Of a stretch of 64,000 nucleotides of DNA, positions 19,917 through 28,800 are shown in pieces (position 1 is the first letter of the stretch; each line of letters starts with the position of its first letter). Both the position numbers and the translations under genes were made by a program. The DNA is taken from positions 186,001 to 250,000 of IMG/VR virus record IMGVR_UViG_3300017963_000188, one strand, 5' to 3'. The notes below the pieces were generated by a model. It did not search any database. It saw nothing but the letters and a program-made list of their open reading frames with translations, and was not told the origin of the DNA.

Positions 19917-20770
19917 TATTTTCTCAGCTCTATCTTTGCATCTACCACAGCTTGAAAGAAATGATGCCAAGCTCTAACACTAGGGTATCTCTTCATAGTC
20001 TGGTAGAATTGATTTAAATGGTTATAGATAACGAGTAGGTCTTGACTACCTCTTTTCTCTTCTATCAATGAAAGTCTTTCTTGGACATATGGAGAGGATT
20101 CTGTGAAATGAAGATGCAGTACAAACAACACCCAATGGATTAAATCTCCAAGATCTGTCTCTCGTACTTTAAGAAGATTCAGTAACGTCTCTTTTTCAAA
20201 AAAACTCTCTATGAACAATATAGCTCTTTCCTGTTCCACACGACTTTTGTTAAGTTGGAACAGTGGTATTCCACCATACTCTGCTTCTGATGTTGGTGGT
20301 ATATAAATTTCCCAGCATCGAGATCGAAGAGTGGGGATAACTTCTGTGTGGTAAGGAGTGAGGAAAAGAAACAGATTGTAAGGCTTTACATCCTCTACTA
20401 TTTTCAAAAAAACATCGCTTCCCTCAGGGGTGATTTTATCAGCTTGGTCTATGACAATAGCTCTGACTTTAGAGGCTAGTGGTGGCTTACTGACAGCAGC
20501 AGAAATCTCTCGAATATCATTTACACCCCAAGACTTCTTTTCTAATTCATAGAGAATGTAATCTTCTCTAGGTATTGATATGCAAGAAGCACATTCACAT
20601 TTTGAACTTTGATTACCTTCACAATTGGCATATTTGAATATGAGCCTGGAGAAAAGTTGCTTCCCCATGCCTTCTTCACCAGTGAGAATAAGAGGATGAA
20701 AGGTGCCTTCTCTGACATAACTTGTCAGAAATGCTCGGACACCATCTCTTTCCCAAATCTCACCAAACAT
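19916..20770 (-). CDS. holB: DNA polymerase III delta-prime subunit
   Basis: LILTGEEGMGK, C..C.CASC, IDQADKIT, FLKIVED, IPTLRSRC. Confidence 0.85.
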   Translation of the reverse strand: MFGEIWERDGVRAFLTSYVREGTFHPLILTGEEGMGKQLFSRLIFKYANCEGNQSSKCECASCISIPREDYILYELEKKSWGVNDIREISAAVSKPPLASKVRAIVIDQADKITPEGSDVFLKIVEDVKPYNLFLFLTPYHTEVIPTLRSRCWEIYIPPTSEAEYGGIPLFQLNKSRVEQERAILFIESFFEKETLLNLLKVRETDLGDLIHWVLFVLHLHFTESSPYVQERLSLIEEKRGSQDLLVIYNHLNQFYQTMKRYPSVRAWHHFFQAVVDAKIELRK

Positions 20771-20813
20771 ATATACCTCCTCTTCACTGTATGAAGAGAC
20801 TCTACCAATGAGC

Positions 20814-21410
20814 TTAAATTATTTCTAAACGCTCAGCTAAATTCTTTGTCTTTGGAGCAAAATAGTTGAAGAATCGTTTCTTTTCGGCAGGATTCCTCAA
20901 GACATAGGAAGGATGATACATAATGAAGACATGAAATCTCCCAGCTCTATAAATTTTGCCAGCTATATGTGTAATTTTTTGTTTCTCTTTAAATTGCATC
21001 AAAGTCTGGACTACATCTGATCCCATAAGGATCAGAATCTTTGCCTTGTCAAAAAATTCCAGTTCTTTTCGGAGATGTACTTTACAGGACTCAATCTCTG
21101 TCTGAGTAGGAGGTCGATTTCCAGGAGTGAAACATTTTACCATATTCACTATCCCAACTTGGTTTCTTTTGTAACCAACCTTCCCCATCCACTCATTCAG
21201 AAGCTGCCCAGAACGTCCCACAAAGGGCCTGGTGAAACGATCTTCATCGTTACCAGGGTTACGACCCACAAAAATGATTTTGGCATCCTGAGGGCCTTCT
21301 CCTCGAACAGGACTAACCACGTCTTGATAAAGTGGACAGAGCTGACAAGAAGCTATCTCTGTGGCAATAGAACTATCTTGGATCAGAGGTGTGTCCATGC
21401 ACACTCCCAT
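20814..21410 (-). CDS. Uracil-DNA glycosylase, family 4-like (Fe-S)
   Basis: CQLCPL, GEGP, VGRNPG..ED...PFVGRSG, NMVKC..P.NRPP, YHPSYVLR. Confidence 0.88.
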   Translation of the reverse strand: MGVCMDTPLIQDSSIATEIASCQLCPLYQDVVSPVRGEGPQDAKIIFVGRNPGNDEDRFTRPFVGRSGQLLNEWMGKVGYKRNQVGIVNMVKCFTPGNRPPTQTEIESCKVHLRKELEFFDKAKILILMGSDVVQTLMQFKEKQKITHIAGKIYRAGRFHVFIMYHPSYVLRNPAEKKRFFNYFAPKTKNLAERLEII

Positions 21411-21655
21411 CCTTTAGGTTTCAGAGTAGCTCTCTGCACGAATCCTTTTTGACTGATTTCATTTGAAATCTTCTCAACATAGAATGGACCTTTAACTTCT
21501 GCTATTCGATGTCTAGGTGGGGAACCATCATCTGGCTGATATTGTGATTTGAAAGAAAACCCATCTTCAAAATGAATCAACCATTTGGGTCTAAGAGAAT
21601 CTGTCTTTGTTTCTACTTCTAAATTCAGGTCAGGTATCACATAAATTGTCTTCAA
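21383..21655 (-). CDS. Hypothetical protein, first clear gene of the leftward operon
   Basis: TTG start with AGGGAG SD. Overlaps the UDG start. Confidence 0.5.
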   Translation of the reverse strand: MKTIYVIPDLNLEVETKTDSLRPKWLIHFEDGFSFKSQYQPDDGSPPRHRIAEVKGPFYVEKISNEISQKGFVQRATLKPKGWECAWTHL

Positions 21656-21669
21656 GATACATCTCTCCC

Positions 21670-22190
21670 TTTAGGAACGGGAGGAATTCTTGAAGAATTT
21701 GAGAGATCTCGTTCCCCTCAACCCCTTCCTAAATGTCATGCTAGCTGAAGTTATCCAGCTAGACGAACACTCATAAGTGTTCGGGTTTCATATTGTTTTT
21801 TATACCATCGTCGTTATATATGCTCTCTTTTCTGTTCCTTCCAGTGGTGTTTTTGTTTTCAAGGCTTCTGTTGTTGTTGGCTGCCCAAATTTCTGCTCGG
21901 ATGTGCCTCTCATGAACTTATAAGAGGGAAGAGACATACTTGGCCCGACTCCAACCAGCGAAATGCTGGGGCTAGTAAGGGCTGAGAGCCCACCGGTAGG
22001 CCGGTGGCAGCAAACAGCAGGGCATCTCCCAGACCATCGGGACGTAAATCTAACCTTCCCTGGTACTAGTAGGCCAGTAGTCAGGGCATTTTTACGTTGA
22101 TGGCAGATAAACTGGAAGTTTGGACATGAAACTCTTGACTTGCTAGAAGACTGTTTACCCTCAGCGGTAAGATTCAAACGACCTTTTTTC
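21670..22190. ncRNA. Highly structured intergenic region, candidate ncRNA or cis-acting RNA/ssDNA element
   Basis: Dense inverted repeats: TTTAGGAA/TTCCTAAA, CTAGCTG/CAGCTAG, CGAACACT/AGTGTTCG, CCAGC/GCTGG, GGGCT/AGCCC, CCACCGG/CCGGTGG, CCATC..ACGTAAA/TTTACGTTGATGG. Family not recognised. Confidence 0.45.
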
Positions 22191-22228
22191 ACTTTTTGAA
22201 TCCCCTCCTAATCAAGCCAATTAAGGGC

Positions 22229-22256
22229 ATTATACGGATTCAAACTCCTTTGTCTA
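22229..22256 (-). promoter_or_regulatory. Sigma70-type promoter driving leftward transcription
   Basis: Minus strand TAGACA-N16-TATAAT, upstream of the whole replication cluster. Confidence 0.6.
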
Positions 22257-22439
22257 CAAAAAAGATCTCATACAATTCCAGTAACTTACAACACTGGGTC
22301 TCATAACTCCCTGAACATACAACTAAAAAATTTCCCGCTTCCTACCCATTTTTTTTCATTTCTTCTCCTCACCATATGTTGCCATACAGATCTTTTCGTG
22401 TACTCCCCCTTCTTCATTTATATATACTCTCTTTTCTTT

Positions 22440-22645
22440 TCCTCTTGTAGGTAGAAGTTAAGATCAGATCTATTTATATATATTATTATGGAGATCCAAA
22501 AATTGGAGGTAAGGAAAGTTACCTGTGTTGCAGGTAGGGAGATTTTGGGATCTGAAAAGTTACCATACATGTATTGTAAGTGTAGAGATGAGATCCAAAA
22601 AATTGAGACCTGGATTTGTGGGTGGGGGGATGTTGATTGATCTGT
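22440..22645. other. Candidate replication origin (AT-rich core, GATC cluster, direct repeat)
   Basis: At the coding-strand switch. AGATCAGATCTATTTATATATATTATTAT core and near-repeat GAGATCC(A5/A6)TTG at 22491 and 22590. Confidence 0.35.
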
Positions 22646-22664
22646 TTGTATTGTTAGTGTATAT

Positions 22665-23039
22665 ATGAGTGAAGAGGAGGATGATATGTCGCTTAGTGGT
22701 AATTTCCCGGAAAATGGTACCAGTGTCTCAACTGAAGAGGTGGAGATTTGGAGGGAGGATATCCCTGAAGGCAATTATTGGATTCAGGAGGGGAGGAATT
22801 ATCTGAGGACTCTGACCAAGGATGATGTTATATGGATGTTGCAGAGGATTCCAAAAGCTAGGAAAGATTATTTGGAAGCTGTGAATCCAGAAAGGGAGGA
22901 TTATGTACGTCTTGCTAATGTGCCTCTGGTCAACCACTATGATCCTGACAAAATGAATAAGGGTCTTAACAGGACTCCACAGTCTATTGAATTCCTCTGG
23001 AAGGAGTGCAAAGGTGTATGGCCCAGACACAGACATTGA
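22665..23039 (+). CDS. Hypothetical protein
   Basis: First rightward ORF. GGAGG precedes its second Met. Confidence 0.55.
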   Translation: MSEEEDDMSLSGNFPENGTSVSTEEVEIWREDIPEGNYWIQEGRNYLRTLTKDDVIWMLQRIPKARKDYLEAVNPEREDYVRLANVPLVNHYDPDKMNKGLNRTPQSIEFLWKECKGVWPRHRH

Positions 23040-23404
23040 TTCTTATATGTGTGGGTGGGATTTTGTTTTTTTGTCTTGCCTGTATAGTTGTATTCGTATA
23101 TGGGTTTAAGAGAGGATTTCGATATTTTTATCGGTGTGTGAATGAAGAGAAGGACATAAAGATATATCTCTCGTTGTCAGAGATACTTGGAGATGTTATG
23201 AGGATAAAAAACCGTAAAGAGCCAGATAAGGTGAAGCAACAAAGGTTTTGGAAGGATTTGTGGGGGAAAGCATGTGACCGTGCTAGAACAGTAGAAGATT
23301 CAAGATTAGCTGTGTTGGAACGTTATAGTAAGGAGCCAGAGAAAATCCTACGGAAATTTAATATCATCTCTCAGGCCGATATAGATAGGGAATTTGGTCA
23401 ATGA
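23006..23404 (+). CDS. Hypothetical membrane-anchored protein
   Basis: N-terminal hydrophobic helix LILICVGGILFFCLACIVVFVY. Confidence 0.55.
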   Translation: MQRCMAQTQTLILICVGGILFFCLACIVVFVYGFKRGFRYFYRCVNEEKDIKIYLSLSEILGDVMRIKNRKEPDKVKQQRFWKDLWGKACDRARTVEDSRLAVLERYSKEPEKILRKFNIISQADIDREFGQ

Positions 23405-23880
23405 AAATTGTACGTTATTACCAGCGTCGAATGTCTTTTGATGTCTCTCCCATTGAAGTTGAAGACCCTCTCCAGGTCACTTGGCTCACAGCTCCAGGCA
23501 TTCTCGATTCTGAAATTAAAAATCTTGTAGAGGCAATTGATTTGGAAGGAAAGGTATGGGCTCATACCAGTGACATCGATTTTGTGGCTATGGAGAATGG
23601 TGATTTGTTCTATATGGTGCAGGTCCCAGGTCTTTATGGGTCTGTGAATGTAGAGTCTCTGAAAATACCTTTTTTCCTTTTCCCAATACGATCTCAAGAG
23701 AGTTCTTTTTTCATTCATGTTTACACTGAACAAGACATGGCTTCATTGGAGCCATTTTTTAACGATGGGTTCTTTATCACTTCCAGAAAAGGTCTTCAGG
23801 TCTGTTATCTAGAACCAGTCCCTGAATCGTTGAAGGAATTGACTTTGAAACATTATTGTGGCCCATCACAGGAGGAGTAA
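23401..23880 (+). CDS. Hypothetical protein
   Basis: ATGA-coupled ORF, 159 aa. Confidence 0.6.
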   Translation: MKIVRYYQRRMSFDVSPIEVEDPLQVTWLTAPGILDSEIKNLVEAIDLEGKVWAHTSDIDFVAMENGDLFYMVQVPGLYGSVNVESLKIPFFLFPIRSQESSFFIHVYTEQDMASLEPFFNDGFFITSRKGLQVCYLEPVPESLKELTLKHYCGPSQEE

Positions 23881-24173
23881 TGCGTCCAGCACCTACTAAT
23901 CTAAGGCTATACCCTAAAGTGAAGGATGTGAACATAGCTCTACATGCTTATTGTACCGGATGTGAAGTGGGTGTGGCATATCAGGATAGAGAAAATCAAT
24001 TAAAGGACATGAAGCACCCAACAGGTGCAGTTCTTCTTGGTGAAGATGGAGACAATATCTTAAATGATCCTACCTTGAACGAATTGAAAATGGTTTGCGA
24101 CCGTTGTCTTAAATCACATTACCCTGAATTGCTGATTGCTATCCAAAACCAAATCAGTCCTTGGGAACGATGA
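23880..24173 (+). CDS. Hypothetical Zn-binding protein
   Basis: CTGC...CDRC pairs. GGAGGAG SD before ATG 23880. Confidence 0.55.
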   Translation: MRPAPTNLRLYPKVKDVNIALHAYCTGCEVGVAYQDRENQLKDMKHPTGAVLLGEDGDNILNDPTLNELKMVCDRCLKSHYPELLIAIQNQISPWER

Positions 24174-24349
24174 AGATCTTTGAAGTCAAAATTAATGAAG
24201 ATTCCTTCCAGGTCAAGGCTAAGGAAATTTTCACAGCCACCAAAAGAGCTGTTGATCTCTATCATGACCAAAGGAAGAAGTTGGGTCGTAGGAAAAGAAT
24301 ACCCAAACATATAGAACTATTCATTTCAGTCAGACATACTATCTCATAG
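24170..24349 (+). CDS. Small basic hypothetical protein
   Basis: ATGA-coupled short ORF (MKIFEV...). Confidence 0.45.
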   Translation: MKIFEVKINEDSFQVKAKEIFTATKRAVDLYHDQRKKLGRRKRIPKHIELFISVRHTIS

Positions 24350-24411
24350 TCTCACTAAACTATTTATTAAAATCTAAAAGTGGATATTGTTGTTTGTTCA
24401 CGGAGACACTT

Positions 24412-24903
24412 ATGCCTAGAACTAAGGATAGATACAAATCTGAAGAGAAAGAGACAGAGAGGTTGGTACGGAAGGCTCCTAAGAAGCGTCCTCCTCGTAA
24501 AGATCGTAGACGAGAGCGTGTGAATGAGTCAGATCCCGATTTGAGTAGTTCTGATCCTGACATGTCAATGAATTACAAGCAAATTGGTGGTTCTCTTCAC
24601 AAGCTATCAGAAGATATGAGTCATTTATCTAGAAAAATCTCCAGCCTTTTCCCAGAATTTTCAGATGATTTGTCTGAGATTACTTACCGTATCGAGAGAC
24701 TAGCAAAAGAAGATTGTTCTCTGGTGCAGGCTGGGATGTTTAGAGGACTTCCCAAACAAGAGGCTCGTAAAGTTGCAAGCAACATGTTGGGTAGGCTGAG
24801 TGCTATCTCACATTATGCTGAAGTGAAAAGAGAAGCTATTGATTTGAAAAAAACTATAGAGAGGGACCTTGAGTTTGCTTCTCCCTCAACCAGAGAACTT
24901 TAA
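24412..24903 (+). CDS. Hypothetical head-region protein
   Basis: GGAG SD before MPRTKD, basic N-terminus, preceded by the T-rich motif. Confidence 0.6.
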   Translation: MPRTKDRYKSEEKETERLVRKAPKKRPPRKDRRRERVNESDPDLSSSDPDMSMNYKQIGGSLHKLSEDMSHLSRKISSLFPEFSDDLSEITYRIERLAKEDCSLVQAGMFRGLPKQEARKVASNMLGRLSAISHYAEVKREAIDLKKTIERDLEFASPSTREL

Positions 24904-25493
24904 TGACTTCTATCTCGACAATAGTCTATACCTGCTTGTGTGAAGGTTGTGGTGTGGATGACATCCAGGGAGAACTGTATGATAAGATAGGTCATCTCTA
25001 TCATAGAGATGATGTGATCAAGATTTCGAAACGAATTCTTGGCTTAGATAATGAATCTAGACTTATAGAGTTCAGAGATGAGCTTATTTCTGAGGGTGTT
25101 ACATTTTTTGATGTTGTGTTTTCTGGTCTTGCTCGTATCGAGAACATAAAGAAATTTGATCCTGAAGTGACACCTGATGCAACAGGTTTTGTAGACCGTT
25201 TAATTCAAGGCCCAAGACTAGATGCTTTACACCATATCTTAGATGTTCTGAAACGCTATAAGTATGACCTATACTTGAAATACACCAAAGATTCAGTCAA
25301 TGCTATGGTGTCCATTGTGGAGTCATATATATCTTGGCTTACAGACATTCATGTACTGATACAGCATCTCTTCATCCAGTATTTGGATGAGGAAATTGAT
25401 CTAGATAACCTTGAGGAAGATTTGAATGGCTTTTTCAAAACATTAGAGGAAAAGTGGTTCGATAGTCTCGGTTCAAGTTTTAACCTCATATAG
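24903..25493 (+). CDS. Hypothetical protein
   Basis: TAATG-coupled ORF, 196 aa. Confidence 0.6.
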   Translation: MTSISTIVYTCLCEGCGVDDIQGELYDKIGHLYHRDDVIKISKRILGLDNESRLIEFRDELISEGVTFFDVVFSGLARIENIKKFDPEVTPDATGFVDRLIQGPRLDALHHILDVLKRYKYDLYLKYTKDSVNAMVSIVESYISWLTDIHVLIQHLFIQYLDEEIDLDNLEEDLNGFFKTLEEKWFDSLGSSFNLI

Positions 25494-25502
25494 GATAGGA
25501 AG

Positions 25503-27008
25503 ATGGGTTTTTTAAAATATGCTGATGCTACAGTTTTAGTCCCTTCCATTGATATCGAGGACTGGTTTAGGGCAAAGAATCCTAAGTTCTCAGCTCGTAC
25601 AGCTAATAAAGCAGAGAGTATCCTGGAAGAGTTTGATCCCAAAGAATACTTATTGTCTCATTGCACAATTATTGCTTCTGTAGATACTGAGGCACCTGCC
25701 AATAGCAAGCTAGGTAAAATCAAGGTTGATGGTTTTGTTGTGGATCGTCAATATCCAGATTTCTATGTCACTGCTGATACATCAGTCTATATAAATGGTA
25801 ATGCCGATTGTTGGGAACGTAATCTGCTTGTAGCTTCTTACCCTACTTTTGTTGGTGGTGAGAATTATGTAGAACATGTTCAGATCCCAAGTTTGAGCAA
25901 AGGGAAGGTTATTGATGCTGTAGCTCGTGACCTTGGTGATACCATATATATAGACATCTTGGTTGCTACTCATAAGAAACATAAAGACTTGATCCAGGAT
26001 ATTCTCCGTAAAAAGATTACAACATTATCTATGGGCTGTGAGGTAGTCTTTACTATATGTACCAAATGTGGGAATGTGGCATTTGATGAAACGCAGCTTT
26101 GCCCTCATATTAAATACGAGAAGGGTTCTACATTTATAGATCCTGATGGAAGAGAGCGTATCGTAGCAGAACTGTGTGGGCATAAAGATGTGCCTGATTC
26201 AGTTATATTTATAGAAGCTAGTTGGGTGAAAGATCCTGCATTTACGGGAGCAGTGCTTCATTCTATATTGAACCCTAATATCATAGATCTAGAGAAAATC
26301 TCAGGTCTACTCAAGAATGCTTATGAGTCAAGACGTGAATCTGTTGAAAATGATAATCTTCGACGGGTAGCTTCTAGGATTGTTTTAGCCCAACCCCCAG
26401 AAGATGAAGAACCTGCTGAAGATGAAGCTGAGGATGCTCCTGAGGAGGGTGGAGAAGAAGGAGGAGAGGGAGACTGGCCAGATGATAGTGAGGGTTGGGA
26501 TGTTGAGATGGACCCTGTTGATGAAGGTCTGGAAATCCCTGGTGAGGGTGAATTAACAAGTTATACTGACCTCATGGAAGAGGTCAGGTTGAAGCTACTT
26601 CAAGATGTTTGGGATACTGTTCTTGAAGAAGCTCTAGAAGAGCCAGAACCCGAGATCACTCAATTTACAGAATTTGAAGATGATACTCTTCTAGAATCAA
26701 GAAAAAAGAGACTCTCTAAGAATGTCAACTCAGGTCTAGAAAACTATAGAAAATTTGGATGGCAATCTTTGAAAGATAAATTTTCTAGACTAGAACTTCT
26801 TTTGGTGGCTAAGAAGGCTGGAATTGATTTCTCATTTGATGAAGTAAAAACCTTGTTAAAAGTGGGTTCTATATCATCATATGGTGACGATCCTAAAGTT
26901 TTCCTGAAAAAATGCCAATATATTTTTAATAAATCTATCTCTAATAGAGAGATCAAGAGATTTATCCTTGGTGGATATATTTTGAGTCTGGCAAAATCTC
27001 GTAGTTAA
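25503..27008 (+). CDS. Putative prohead (capsid maturation) protease with Zn-finger insert
   Basis: N.NAD.W, NYVEH..., KGKVIDA, LSMGC, CTKCGN..LCPH, FIEASWV.DPAF..A. Lies upstream of the scaffold and capsid genes. Confidence 0.65.
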   Translation: MGFLKYADATVLVPSIDIEDWFRAKNPKFSARTANKAESILEEFDPKEYLLSHCTIIASVDTEAPANSKLGKIKVDGFVVDRQYPDFYVTADTSVYINGNADCWERNLLVASYPTFVGGENYVEHVQIPSLSKGKVIDAVARDLGDTIYIDILVATHKKHKDLIQDILRKKITTLSMGCEVVFTICTKCGNVAFDETQLCPHIKYEKGSTFIDPDGRERIVAELCGHKDVPDSVIFIEASWVKDPAFTGAVLHSILNPNIIDLEKISGLLKNAYESRRESVENDNLRRVASRIVLAQPPEDEEPAEDEAEDAPEEGGEEGGEGDWPDDSEGWDVEMDPVDEGLEIPGEGELTSYTDLMEEVRLKLLQDVWDTVLEEALEEPEPEITQFTEFEDDTLLESRKKRLSKNVNSGLENYRKFGWQSLKDKFSRLELLLVAKKAGIDFSFDEVKTLLKVGSISSYGDDPKVFLKKCQYIFNKSISNREIKRFILGGYILSLAKSRS

Positions 27009-27018
27009 GGAGGCTATT

Positions 27019-28116
27019 ATGGCTAGAAGAAACAATATGAATCGTAGACCTACGTCACGTCGTCGTCGTAGGGCGGATGCGTATGAGATGAATTCGGATC
27101 ATAGGCAGCCTCCCTATGATGCATACGCTAAGGGTGACCCTGAAGCTTGGGCAGAGGGAAAACACCCTTCAGACCTTTGGTTAGGTGAAGAGCCCAGAGA
27201 TGAAATCGGTATGGGTCAACCCAAGCCTGATTGGGGACATCATTCTGACGAGAGATGGAATGAGGGTACCTATGACAATCAGAAAAGTGAGCCTGCTATG
27301 GAACCCATGATGATGGCAAGAAGGAATAGGAAGTCAAAGGCTGATATCCGAAAGAAGGCTTTCCGTTGTGTGAAGATTGCTAAGCATATGCTTGCTGGTG
27401 CTTCTGAGGAAGCAATTGAGGATCAGGCTGTTGAGCTGATGACTCTAAGCAGCAAGGCTATCCTTGCTACTCTTTCCAGGATTCGTAAGAGTTCTGTAGA
27501 TACTAAGGTTGAGGATACCAAAGAAGCCAAGACCGAGGAATCTAAGGAAAAGAAGGTCAAAGCTGCTCTGACTCCTGATGAAGTCACTACTCTGAAAAGT
27601 CTTATGGCTAAGTTAGAGGCATGTGACACCGTGAAGGGTGAGGAAGGTTTGGAGAAAGAAGGTCAGGAAGAGGAAGATGAAGAAGAGGAAGGTGGGGAAG
27701 AAATGGAGATGGGGGAAGTGGGAGAAGAGGGAGAAGAGCTTCTAGATGAAGGTGAAGCTGCTCCAGCTCCTATGCCTGAAGGTGAAGCTGCTCCAGCTCC
27801 TATGCCTGAAGGTGAAGCTGCTCCAGCTCTTGAAGATGAAATGCTAGAGGACCTCATGGGTGAGCCTGGTCTTGACGTAGAAATGATGGCTCCTCCAATG
27901 ATGGAAGAAGAAGTCCTCCCAGAAAAACAGTATGACCAAGTGTTGCAAGGACTCTTTGATGAAGAGACCGGTGAAGTCAAAGCCAAAAAGTCTTCTCGTA
28001 AACCAGTCAAGAAGTTGGGTGGTTCTGTGAAGGTGGCTTCTAAGGATAAAGGTGGATCTGATCTATCGACTCTTTGGCACTCTGATCCTGATGTATCAGA
28101 TGTTTTCAAAGATTAA
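27019..28116 (+). CDS. Putative capsid scaffolding protein
   Basis: Acidic low-complexity protein between the protease and capsid genes. AGGAGG SD. Confidence 0.55.
   Translation: MARRNNMNRRPTSRRRRRADAYEMNSDHRQPPYDAYAKGDPEAWAEGKHPSDLWLGEEPRDEIGMGQPKPDWGHHSDERWNEGTYDNQKSEPAMEPMMMARRNRKSKADIRKKAFRCVKIAKHMLAGASEEAIEDQAVELMTLSSKAILATLSRIRKSSVDTKVEDTKEAKTEESKEKKVKAALTPDEVTTLKSLMAKLEACDTVKGEEGLEKEGQEEEDEEEEGGEEMEMGEVGEEGEELLDEGEAAPAPMPEGEAAPAPMPEGEAAPALEDEMLEDLMGEPGLDVEMMAPPMMEEEVLPEKQYDQVLQGLFDEETGEVKAKKSSRKPVKKLGGSVKVASKDKGGSDLSTLWHSDPDVSDVFKD
27748..27829 (+). repeat. 30-bp tandem repeat, about 2.7 copies (EGEAAPAPMP)
   Basis: GAAGGTGAAGCTGCTCCAGCTCCTATGCCT repeated exactly. Confidence 0.95.
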
Positions 28117-28166
28117 TGTGATGTAATTGACGAAGAAGATGAAGAAACGTCAACCCTAAAGGAGGT

Positions 28167-28787
28167 ATGAACATGCCAGCAGGATTGCAGGGACAAAGCT
28201 CCCAGGATTTCGTGGCAGGCCCCTCAGCTCTGAGGATCTTGCATCTCGGAATCCGAAACAATGTTGGTGAGCTATGTGCAGATGCCTTCACTCAAAACAA
28301 CCCGTCTGTGGAAACCGGAGATCCGTCAACGACTCTGACCGGTAACACTAAACGGGGTGTCCTGGGTGGGAGTGTGTGTGTAGCTCGTGGTGATGCCGGT
28401 AATGGCCAAGTTGGTGGACCCCCGGCTGTCCCAGATGCTGATAACAAGCCACTGGGTATTTTCATTAACGATGCAGAAGGCAATGCTTTCGAGAATGCCC
28501 CTGCACCGGCTAGTGGAAAGGGTCCATATGTAAGTGGCCAGGGTAGTTATGGGGTTCGTATTTACGAAACTTCCCAGCAAACTACTACTGGTGGCGGGGC
28601 CGTTGGTGATGCATTGACAGCCTACAAGACAGGTCAATCCCTGTATTGTGGTATCAATGGATTGCTGACCAACCGTGCTAACGACTCGATTGAAGTTGCA
28701 GCTTCTGGAACGGCTAAGGAAGTGGGTACTGTTATTGTAGCACCCGATTCCTCCTTCCCGGAACTCGTCTTCAATCTGTTACTGTGA
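28167..28787 (+). CDS. Capsid decoration or stabilising protein
   Basis: Gly-rich 206-aa protein (PLGIFIND, SGKGPYV, Y..GQSLYC..NGLLT) directly before the major capsid gene. Confidence 0.55.
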   Translation: MNMPAGLQGQSSQDFVAGPSALRILHLGIRNNVGELCADAFTQNNPSVETGDPSTTLTGNTKRGVLGGSVCVARGDAGNGQVGGPPAVPDADNKPLGIFINDAEGNAFENAPAPASGKGPYVSGQGSYGVRIYETSQQTTTGGGAVGDALTAYKTGQSLYCGINGLLTNRANDSIEVAASGTAKEVGTVIVAPDSSFPELVFNLLL

Positions 28788-28800
28788 TGGAGGTGCTGAG

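Noticed and set aside
4430-21452. Plus-strand ORFs overlapping the leftward genes (for example 5865..6353, 10746..11297, 13261..13896)
   Set aside because: They are antisense shadows of genes with clear motifs, Ser/Phe-rich and without SD sites.
21670-22190. tRNA, tmRNA, RNase P, SRP RNA or group I/II intron as the identity of the structured region
   Set aside because: I found no T-loop/CCA end, tmRNA termini, RNase P GAGGAAAGUC, group I P7 or group II domain V consensus on either strand by eye.
22418-22774. 118-aa minus-strand ORF across the strand-switch region
   Set aside because: It overlaps a plus-strand gene and the AT-rich repeat segment, is low in complexity and has no SD.
27748-27829. 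CRISPR array
   Set aside because: The 30-bp repeats are contiguous, have no spacers and are in frame inside a CDS.
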